64,000 bases of DNA from Eledone cirrhosa (Eukaryota): contig OZ024743.1 in the NCBI GenBank assembly GCA_964016885.1, forward strand, positions 362,390,001-362,454,000, read 5' to 3'. This document shows, one piece after another, positions 53,712 to 64,000 of this stretch. Made by a program: the position numbers and the translations under genes. Position 1 is the stretch's first letter; each line of letters opens with the position of its first letter. Below the pieces are notes generated by a model. That model ran no database searches and was not told where the DNA came from. It saw only the letters and a program-made list of their open reading frames with translations.

Positions 53712-56700
53712 CGTTCTTTATAAGACACGGATTCCCAAGCACGTTGTTTGGTTGACACTGGCGCTGCTTGCAACATATGGCCGTTAAAATTTCTCAAAGA
53801 GAAGCCGCCACTTTCACCCATCCCGCTGCAAGCTGTAAATCATTCACCTATCCCCATGTACGGTCAAATTTATCGTTCTTTGAACCTGGAATTGCGCAGA
53901 GACTTCACGTGGATTTTCACTGTCGACACTCTGCCTTACCCTATTCTAGGCTTGGATTTCCTGCACCACTATAACCTGTTAGTGGATATGCGCAGACGAC
54001 GCTTGTTGGATGCGAATACGGAACTGTCCGTTCTGGGTATGAGATCGACTGTCTCGTCTATCAGCCCGGTTTTCTTTATCGCCGCTTCAGAAGATCCTTT
54101 TCAGGCGCTGTTACATTCCTTCCCAGAGTTGACAAATTTAAATTTTGTGGTGAGTAAGCCTACTCACTCAACAAAACACTATATTGAGACCACTGGTGCT
54201 CCTGTATTTTCACGCCCTCGCCGCCTCCCTGCGGAGAAATTGAAAGCGGCGAAGGCTGAATTCAACCATATGCTGCAGCTCGGGATCATACGCCCATCCT
54301 CAAGTCCATGGGCCGCTCCTTTGTATTTGGTTCCGAAGCGTTCCGGCGATTGGCATCCCACTGGGGACTTTCGCCGGTTAAACGCGATGACGGTACCCGA
54401 TCGCTACCCGATCCCACACATACAGGATTTCGCGTCTTCGCTTCATGGATGTAAGACATTCTCCAAATTGGATTTGGTCAAGGCGTACCACCAGATATTC
54501 CAAAGACGGCTGTGACAACTCCTTTCGGAGCATTCAAATTTTTTACTATGCCTTTCGGTTTGCGAAACGCAGCCAGTATCTTCCAACGTTTCATGGATGA
54601 ATTTGTGCGTGATTTAGACTTTGTATATAACTACATTGATGACATTCTCGTGGCAAGTGCCTCACCCGAGGAACATGTCACTCACCTCCGTCTACTGTTT
54701 GAGCGGTTTCAGCAGTATCAAGTGCGAATTAACCCGACGAAATGTGTTTTCGGTGCGTCTTCACTTGTCTTCTTGGGCCATGAGGGAACATCACCACTAC
54801 CTGACAAAGTGAAAGCTCTGCAAGACCTTCAACCACCCACTTCACTTCACCAGCTACAACATTTCCTTGGTCTGCTGAACTACTACAGACGTTTTATCCC
54901 ACACTGTGCGAATCTCCTGTCTCTTTTATCCGACCTGTTACGTAACAGGAAAAAGAAAAATGAATCCATCACACTGGACACGAGTCAGCTAAAAGCCTTC
55001 AACAAAGTGAAGCAGAAACTCGCGGAGACATCACTGCTTGCACATCCTGTGTCTGGTGCCCAGTTTTCACTGGTCGTTGATGCATCGGGCACAGCTGTAG
55101 GTGCAGTTTTGCAACAGCATCACCAACAACAACTACAACCTCTCGCGTACTTCTCGAGACTACTGAAACAGGCAGAGACACGATATAGCACGTTCGGCCG
55201 TGAACTCCTAGCTATGTACCTCGCAGTGAAACACTTTCGGCATTCACTGGAGGGTCGTCAATTTGCGATCTACACCGATCATCATCCGCTTACGTTCACA
55301 CTGTGTTCTAAGCCGGATAAATATTCACCTCGCGAAACTCGTCATTTGGACTTCGTTTCGCAATTTACCAGCGATATCCGACACATCTCCGATGAACAGA
55401 ATGTGGCGGCAGATGCCTTGTCTCGCCTCCCAATCAATTCCCTGTCATCACCTTCGGATATTGACCTTTAACGGATGGCCACAGAATAGCCACCCCTGGA
55501 CACCTTGGATCTTTCGTCACCTGAATTTGCAACTGGCAAATTTTCATATCAACCTGTGCTCACTTTGGACACAGATTATTTGTGACACCTCGACGGATTC
55601 ACCTCATCCTCTAGTTCCAGCGACTCATCGTCGAGCAGTTTTCGAGACCTTGCACGGTCTAGCACACCCCGGATTATCAACCACAGTGAAGCTCATTTCG
55701 GCTAGATTCTTCTAGCCGAATATGAGGCGTGACATCACTGCCTGGACACGTTCCTGCTTGTCCTGCCAGAAGTCAAAGGTGCACAAACACATCCGTGCAC
55801 CTCTCGGAACTTTCAGCACTCCAGACGCTCGGTTCAGTCATGTCCACATAGATCTCGTTGGACCATGGCCGGTCAGCCGAGGATTTACCTATCTCCTGAC
55901 CTGTATTGATCGCTTCACATGTTGCCCTGAAGCCATTCCTTTAAGTGCGGAATCTGTGGCACGAGCTTTAGTATCGAGTTGGATATTGCGTTACGGAGTT
56001 CCAACCACTGTCACCACAGACCGTGGTGGACAGTTTGAGTCCCATCTCTTCCGAGAACTTTCAAGGATCCTGGGAATTAAGCGCATCCAAACGACTAGCT
56101 GTCATCCAGCTTCGAACGGAATGATAGAGCGCTTCCACCGCCAATTGAAAGCCGCATTGCGCGCTTATCCGGATCAACAGCAATGGAGCTAGTATGTACC
56201 AATTGTCCTTCTCGGCTGTCGTGCAGCTATCAAGGAGGATCTAGGATACTGCCCAGCTGAACTGGTTTACGGAGTACCTATATCTTTGCCGGGTCAGATG
56301 TTGACTCCAATGGATTTACCTGAAACAGAACCAGCTCTGTATGTGAACAGACTGCGATCTTATTTTGACAATCTTCCGCCTATGAACCCTCGGCAACAGA
56401 CAATAAAGTCTTCGGTCCCGAAAGACATTGCTTCGTGGACCCACGTCTTTCTACGGAAGGACGCCGTGAGAGCTCCTCTCACGTCGCCTTATACCAGTCC
56501 TTATTGTGTGCTTGCACGCACAGATAAACTGTTCACTCTGGACATTGGGGGTTAAAAAACAGACTGTGTCCATTGATAGGGTGAAACAGGCCTTTACAGA
56601 CTCTTATGCAAGAGCCCCATATTCCCCCTACATATACTCTGCATCAGCCAACACATGCTACACATGCAACATTGCACACCCCTTCTCCACCTACACATGT

Positions 56701-56715
56701 CACCACCACACGTAG
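53712..56715 (+). pseudogene. Gypsy pol (PR-RT-RH-IN)
   Basis: Motifs as above, broken by several stops and frameshifts. Confidence 0.9.
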
Positions 56716-57043
56716 TGGTCGCCGAGTACATTGGCCCAAGAAGCTTTGCAAGGCTCTGTATATATGAACTATGCTATATAGAGGAAGCTTTTTGAGTTCT
56801 TGTCCTCTCTTGTATTTATATTAAATGCATTAATTAATGTAAACATTGGACTATTTCTGCTGATCAGTTTTTGTTTTTTTTTTTGTTTTTTTTTCCACTG
56901 AAGCAAAACGCAGACATTTCGGTGAAATGAATATTTATTTTTCTGTGAATTAATATTGTTTATTATATGTTACTGTTATATTTTTCTGTCTTGCAACTGC
57001 TACCCTTTTTTCTCTTTCGGCTTTAAGCCTAAGCAGGGGATCA

Positions 57044-57391
57044 TGTAGCAGTAATATAGATCCTTTGTAATTAAATGTATTTTCCTTCGGCGGAAGAAAA
57101 ATGTTACGGAAGTAAATTGGTTGAAGTGTGACCCATTCAAAACCTTCGGCGTAGCGATACAAGTAACTGGACTACTTAGACCAGAAAACGGAAGTTAAGA
57201 CAGAAGACTAGTCTCCAGAAAAATCTGCTATCGTCAACATGTCGATACGCCATATCCTGTCGTATCTCACACATGGAAATACAGGCAAAATGAGTTTCAC
57301 AGTGTGAAGCAAGAATAAATGAAGTACATACTTGTAATGGAGTTTGTCTATTTAATGCCTTCTGATCTAACGACATACATTCTTCATTATA
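57044..57391 (+). repeat. Putative 3' LTR (right boundary uncertain)
   Basis: Starts TGTAG after the PPT; AATAAA near 57314. Confidence 0.5.
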
Positions 57392-57739
57392 GATCTATAC
57401 ATACCCAATGATATATAGGTATTTGTACTTCTCCATCTTCAGAGAATTAAAAAGTAACATATCAAATTGAAGAAGAATATATCTGAAATTCAATTCCTTT
57501 TCTACCTTTGCTGCGTGTATATACAGATATATATTTATTGAAAATTTAGTAGCTTCAACTTTTTTTTTCTTTTTTTTTTTTTGTTACTATGAAAAGAAGT
57601 CTAACAAATAAAAGCCCTGAACGGAAAAAAGTTAACAGCATTCCACAGGCGCGCTGTCAACTTTTTTCAATTCAGGAGCTTTTATGCTGCTCCATGTTTC
57701 CAAAAACAGATCATTGTTTACATTCTGGTCAATTGATAA

Positions 57740-59145
57740 GATTTCAATTGATAAGATTTCTTTTCTCCTGTACCATACCTCGGATTCCTCTTAAACCCAG
57801 CCTTTCCCTCAACTCATCCAAGCTCTGCTTTTCTCTCACACTCACATTGCACATCCAATGGAGCATGGCTACTTCATTTCTTTCCAGTCTACGCATGTCC
57901 TCTGTAGTCACAGCCCATGTTTCACTACCGTGCAGCATTGCACATCAACGTTATACAGTCGTCCTTTTATACATAGCAAGAAACATTTTGTTGTCAATAG
58001 TGAGAGTAGCTCTCTAAATGTTTCCATCCTATCCTTATTCTAGCTATTATGCTCTCAGAGTACTCTCCTCCATTGCTAATCATCTAGATAGCATAAGATA
58101 TCAATCACTTCTATGCATCCTTCTTGTGACTGGAGTTGGTTTACATCAGTCTCTCTTCCCCTCAGTTATTCCTGTGCATCTTCTACATACAAAGTCTTCC
58201 CTTACTATTAGTCTATCTGTTATCCCACTACATTTCTTGTGTACTCAAGATTTACATTGCGTACATCATATGGAGTTTATACCTACTCCCTTTCTACGTA
58301 TTGAGTAGGGTCACTCCTTATAGCCTGGAGAACTTTAATGAATAGTAGTGGGCTATGAACTGAACCCTGATGAACTCCTACATGTACCTTGAATTCGTCA
58401 CTAAACTTACTTCCTAATCTAACTTTGCTGACAGCTTTTCTGTACATGGCTGGCACTGCTCTCACCAACCATTCTTCCACACCTAATTTCCTTAAGGACC
58501 ACCAGATAATAAATTGAGGTACTCTGTTAAATGCCTTTTCTAGATAAATGGAAGATAGGTATAGTGGCTAAATTTTGGCTAAGAACCTCTCTTGTAGTTG
58601 CCTCACTAAAAAGAGGGCACCTGTAGTACTTTTCCCAGGCATGAAACTGAACTGTATCTCATCTAATTTTACTCTCTCTCTCATTAGTTGTACTACAACT
58701 CTTTCCATCACTTTCATAACTTGGCCCATTAGTTTTATTCCTCTATAGTTGCTTCTAGGGCTTCACCTTTACACTTATACTGCTGCGCCAGTCATTGGGT
58801 ATGACACCTGATTGATAATGCGGGTTATTAGTTTGACTCCTACTTCTCCCAATGCTTTTAACATCTCAGCATCTATTTCTGATCATCCTGCAGCTTTACC
58901 TTTTTTAATCTCTTTGATTACATCTTTAACCTTATAACTGTCAACTTCAATAGCTGGCCCTTCTGTTGGGTAAGGTTGGGGGTAGTTTCTCTTCCTCCCA
59001 TTTATTCTCTACATTCATCAGTTTCTCATAGTAACATTTCTAGGCCTCTTTCTTTTGAGCATCAGTGGTGCTAAATGCTCTGATGTCATTTCTAACACAC
59101 TTTTTCCCCAACAACATCATGATTGACACACTGCCTTACAAGATT
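57740..59145 (-). pseudogene. RTE-clade LINE RT fragment
   Basis: GVHQGSVHSPLLF; MLHGSETWA..RLERNEVAMLHWMC. Confidence 0.85.
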
Positions 59146-59146
59146 G

Positions 59147-59185
<39 letters not shown>

Positions 59186-59215
59186 TGTTTACCCTCGCGT
59201 CCCCTTTATTTACGT

Positions 59216-59317
59216 GTCCCAACGACTTTTTTTAGCCGTTGCTCGCACCAACCGGAGGTATATGGTCTTTAAAGCGATGAAATGCCTATGATGGTTGGAA
59301 GATCACTGATGAAGGAC
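59216..59317 (+). ncRNA. Candidate rearranged hammerhead with k-turn, copy 2
   Basis: About 190-bp insert between two (TA)n tracts; compensatory changes relative to 6909-7009. Confidence 0.6.
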
Positions 59318-59365
59318 AAACTTTTTTCATATATAACCCATTTGCAACTCCGCAGCGCCCTTATT

Positions 59366-59409
<44 letters not shown>

Positions 59410-59878
59410 GGGAATGTTTTGGAGCTGCCTCACTGCAGACATGTTTGTAAATAATGAGGTAACAAAATTGGATGAGGAAGGAGAGGGGTGAGATAGAATG
59501 CAAAGAATGGAGGAATAAGGAAGAAAAACAAGAAACCAAAGATTATGTTACCTTGGTAATATTTATAAATCCCAATCTATTTTGGATACACTATCCATTT
59601 TCAAGGGATCTGTTAGGAACCTTGAAGAATACCAGTGAAGATAGTTTTAGGCCTCCATATGGCTTGTGTTGAAGTTATGACTAAGTTCTGCATCTGCAGG
59701 ATTCAGTCAGGTCCATTTTGGTTTCAGTGGTTGTTGACATTAGCAAGCAAGTAGTAATGTCTATCCTTGTCAGGTGGGGGAAACATAGTCAGTTGGTTGT
59801 CCTTACTAGCAAAGGCTAACAAGCAGATATAGTAGTAAATAGTTTGGAAGATTGAACATGGTAGTCAGTTGTCAGTTA

Positions 59879-60409
59879 CTGCATGTACTCGTATATAAGC
59901 CAAGAAATACGTGGCAAAAAAATATCAATGGTAAAATGAGGGTCAACTTATATTCGAGGTCCTTATTTTGCCGATTTTCACCAACTTCAAAATTCTATGT
60001 AAAGGAGGTGCTAAAATATTTGAGCTTTGGAGGTGACTATTACACTGGTTTCACTTTTGATGTGAAATTCATAGTTCCTATTGTTTTTGATATGTTATGA
60101 ATGAATATGGCCTTCAAAATGTTTAGAAATTAATAAAAAAAATCATTACATAATGGAGTAAAAGAAAATGACACTTAAAATATTTTATGAAAATGACACT
60201 TAAAATATTTTAAATACCAAAATATTAAAACTTCATAAATATATCCTTCACTCATGAGAATTTCAAAACTGAACCTTCTAAACATAATATGTTGATTATC
60301 TGAATAAGATTTTTGCCTATTACTCAGGCATAAAATAAGAGTTTGGCTTATATTTGGATTGGCTTATATTTGGATTGGCTTATATTCGAGTATATTCGAG
60401 TATATGTAG
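59879..60409. mobile_element. Tc1/pogo-like MITE remnant
   Basis: Imperfect TIRs tactcgtatataagcc / ggcttatattcgagta with subterminal repeats. Confidence 0.5.
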
Positions 60410-60559
60410 TAGTAGAAGCAACAGTCAGCTAATCATTCTTTGTAGGGGTCAAAATCGTGGTGTTTGTTTATTTAGGGGAGTGGTGATGTGGGTGTACTGC
60501 TGGTTTATTGGTTTCTTTGGTTTGTTTATTAGATTTATTTTTGGGTTTAAGCAGCTGGA

Positions 60560-61900
60560 TTACATTAACCATTAGACTTCACACCATTCTAGTCTATTAT
60601 TAATGGACACTACTAGTTATTTTATCAATAAGACTTCCTTGATCAACAGGGTGCCTGTGTTACATTCAGAGGCCAATATGGTGCTAGTAAAGCTCCTGTC
60701 CTTATACCTGCTTGAATTGTGCTGCTGATGAAACATTCCTTGCACTTATCACATTCTATTCTGTAAACCATGTATGCACACAGCCAATAGCCCATGTTGC
60801 AGATGAGACAGTTGCTCAGAGAGCATGTGTACTTGTTGAATAACTGTTGGTTTCCAACACCTTGCAGAACTGCTTGGTGTGGGTGACTCTACTCACAGCA
60901 TCACTGCATCTGTGTTCTATGTTTGGTGACTTCATTTTCAATGTATCTTCTTTTGGCACTGTTGGGGATGGTAAATTTGTAGTGGGCAAATAGGTCTCTG
61001 CAGGACACTTACTTTGTGGTAGAAGTTGATGTTATATACTGAATTTTGTATATTTGGCAGTATTGTTGAACAACTCGAATTTCCTACTGGCAATCTCACA
61101 GAAAGATAAGTAAGGATATTATCCCCATATCTTGTGAAGATGGCACAGGAATGGTAGGTGCTGAATGCTTTGAATTCGAGTTGATCCATGTATAAGATGG
61201 CTAGTAATCTCAACAGGCTGGGTTCCAAGGAAGTTGAAAAAAAGCATTGTTGATGACAATAAATAGGAGTTAGTAAATGTCAGTAGAAATGAGACAGAAA
61301 CATTGTAGATTGGTAGATCTATCAGTATGTCTACAGCCAGGAGCACAGATAGCGAGGTGAAAAGGGATACTACGTCAAGGTCGAAGGCATACCGGGGGGG
61401 GGGGGGGATATTGTGACTCTTATGGTCCAAATGGTGGAGTCATTTTATGATCTCATCCAAACTGTTGATGTGACCTAGGAAGGCTTTTAGTAGCAGTTTT
61501 AAGATCTTGGATAGGAAACATGAGATCTTATATAGTGGTATTTCCATACTGGATACGATGGGCTTGATTTTTATTTTGAGTCCTTATTTATAGGTCTTGA
61601 TGAGGTGGTAAAGGTGGGTTGCTTGCTATTCCTTCTTAAGAAGCTGTTCTCAGACATCTTTGGGAGTTTTCGTCTGTCCCAGATGTTGATCCAGGTGGTA
61701 TTGATACCATCCTCAATCTGTGGAGCTATGACTCCTATGATCTTGGAGTAAAGACTGTCGTTGTCAAGGTGTTAGCATGCTAACACATAAACCTCTCTAG
61801 TGATTATGCAAAACTCCTTTTCTTTGTTGAAGGGAGGTAGATGAGTTTCCTTGATCTTAGCTCATTCAAAATGGTGAGTTGTGATCTGGAGGAGTTGTGA
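60560..61900 (-). pseudogene. Old Penelope element (RT + GIY-YIG)
   Basis: DLDVVSLFTS, FTRYGDNIL, MVYRIECDKC; related to the 26.9-kb element. Confidence 0.7.
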
Positions 61901-62974
61901 GATGTAAGTGTGTTTGTCTGGTAAGTTTTTTGATGAGGCTGTGGTTAGTGAGTGGACGGTAAAGTGGGCTTTTAGGGTGGCAGGTGGGAAATTTGGAATT
62001 TGTTGTTGTGGTGGTGGTAATTTGATGGAGGTGAGCAATATTAGTTGGTAAGCAGTTCTGCAGAAGCTGCCATGTTTTGAAATTTCAAAAAATGGCAACT
62101 TACGAGCAAAATAAAAAGAAAAAATACAGCTTTGAAGTAGTTTTTTTTATAAATTTTATGATGAAGGGATTTTATCTTGAAATATAAGAAACTATAAAGA
62201 ACTGCAAACAAGATAACATCATTGTTATTATATTTTTAGTATTTACTAGCTAATTCACATTGTGGAAGCCTTGAAAAAAACATCATTTTCTACACAACAC
62301 ACAATGATTTAAGCTAACAACACCATCTTATATAAACATATTTATATGTATAATTATGAAAAAGTTAAACACTATCAAATTCTTTAGTATAGACAGTATC
62401 TTTCATTAGAAACAGTAATGAAATGGTTTAAAAGTACAAACATGATAGTATTTGTTTTCTCAGTAAAACCAGTCTAGACAACTATATTTCACCAGTAATT
62501 TCTTAATTCTCTCTTTAAATTTAGTATGTGAAGTTTGAATGAAATATAATTTTGAGTTAGCATTCAAGTCAAGAGACTATCCCTTCCATGTTAAAACTGG
62601 GGAAGATGTCAATTCAGCTCTTAAGTTGCTATGGATTTGTTTGCAAAGAGAGGATTAGCTGCTGTATAAGCTCTCATATTGATAAATACATCAACCGATA
62701 CAAAAGATTAGCTGCAGTTTCAGCTCCTATGTTGATATAGTGATTGGCTGTTGCAAATAGCAGAGAGAGAGGGGGGGGGGGGCACGTGCACGCATGTGTA
62801 TTTGTCAGTGTTTCATCACTACAATAATGAGAATGCATTATTTGTATGAGGAGGAGTTATTTTAACATTGAATCGAGTTATTCCTCGCAGTAATGTGTCA
62901 TGCTGAGGTTTTCTTTCCTTCTCTCTGACATTTCTACTGCAACTTTGCTCATATGAATTGTAAGAATTTAATGA

Positions 62975-63275
62975 ATTAAATTGATACAACCACAACATCA
63001 ACATATGCAATTATTCAACCACAATTTATGAACATTTACTTATACAACCACAACCTAAACAATAATACCACAAGAACCTAAACACTTTCAATTATACAAC
63101 CACACCCTAATCCCAATCAGTTATACAATCTAAACATATTCAATTATACTACAATATATACATAGAATTAAACAATTACAACTTATTTGCATTCAATTAT
63201 ATGACAACAACCTAAACACATTCAATTATACAAAATGGTTGGCACAGGTAATGGTTGGCACAGGTAATGGTTGCA
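62975..63275. repeat. Degenerate minisatellite
   Basis: caattatacaaccacaacctaaacac-like units, then repeated aatggttggcacaggt. Confidence 0.6.
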
Positions 63276-63480
63276 AAACATACCTAAAAAAAGAGCCCTT
63301 GATGAGTATGAAGCAACAATAGCCCATAAACTAAGTCAATTTGTATTGCCGTACACGTACAAATGTTCCATGAAGGAATAAACATACCACACAAATTCCA
63401 AGGCTTTACATTCACTGTCAGTTAATACACAATAGGAATAATGTTTTGTTCTTGAAAACAAGATCACTTACAATATAATT

Positions 63481-63600
63481 TTATCTCTGCTGTCGACGTT
63501 TTGAAGTAATGTGAAATATCCAGTGAACCAAAACCGGCCATAATGTGAAGAAAAGAAATGTCTTCAAAGAAATATCTTGGAATGGCCACCAGGAGGAAAT
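63481..63600 (-). CDS. ACBD5: Last coding exon of acyl-CoA-binding domain protein 5 (peroxisomal tail anchor)
   Basis: Acceptor tatttcttttcag then ISSWWPFQDISLKTFLFFTLWPVLVHWIFHITSKRRQQR*, which matches the ACBD5 C-terminal SWWPF..WP..W..RRR pattern. Confidence 0.8.
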   Translation of the reverse strand: MSSWWPFQDISLKTFLFFTLWPVLVHWIFHITSKRRQQR

Positions 63601-63767
63601 CTGAAAAGAAATACAATATATTTAAAAAATAAGAGTGCTATAATCTGCTTGAAACATTGTGGGATATGAAAAGTGGTTATGTTAAGGAAGCCACTACAAT
63701 GCAAGTAGAGTTGTAAATATTAGTGCAACTGTATATAGCAGCAGAGGAAGAAAAACAAGAATTAGAG

Positions 63768-63960
63768 ATAATTGTTTCTACTTTTGGCACAAGGCCAGCA
63801 ATTATCCCAGTGTATTACTGGTACTTTATTTCATCGACCCCGTAATGATGAAAGGCAAAGTTAACCTCGACGGGATTTGAATTCAGACCATAAAGGGCTG
63901 TAACTCATTGCTGCAAAACATGGTGTCCAACCCTCTACCAATACTGCCAATCCACCACCC
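63768..63960. mobile_element. Octopus-type SINE (intronic)
   Basis: Same core as 1935-2055, with ggatttgaattc B-box-like motif on the minus strand. Confidence 0.7.
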
Positions 63961-64000
63961 AAGAATTAGAGATGTTACCCAGAAAATATCTATTATGCCC

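Larger units (their letters stand above)
52825..57391 (+). mobile_element. Ty3/Gypsy element, gag-pol degenerate, no 5' LTR visible
   Basis: gag WFAQIESHF..LGDRTPTQLL; PR VDTGA; RT YIDD; RH VDASG; IN H..HPG..CLSC, HIDLVGP, TTDRG, ERFHR; PPT aagcagggga then TG at 57044. Confidence 0.9.

Overview
AT-rich, repeat-saturated animal DNA, most likely Octopus (inferred from recurrent octopus-type SINEs and very long (TA)n tracts). The only recognisable host coding sequence is the final coding exon of an ACBD5-like gene at the right edge (63481-63600, minus). The rest is a stack of mobile DNA: two degenerate Gypsy LTR elements, CRE-, CR1- and RTE-type LINE fragments, a non-autonomous Helitron, a Tc1/pogo-like MITE and SINEs. 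Above all there are many Penelope-like elements (PLEs) and PLE termini inserted in (TA)n, including one nearly intact RT+GIY-YIG element at 34.9-40.2 kb. Reading the non-coding TA-flanked modules by eye shows about 25 hammerhead ribozyme (HHR) motifs in over ten families. They include tandem 472-bp and about 540-bp HHR-bearing repeats (retrozyme-like) and core variants (U3/A8, C4). The most striking feature is two divergent, covarying copies (6909-7009, 59216-59317) of an apparently non-circularly permuted, pseudoknotted HHR, with a kink-turn in stem III and a multi-helix junction in place of stem II. All RNA structures are hand-folded and untested.
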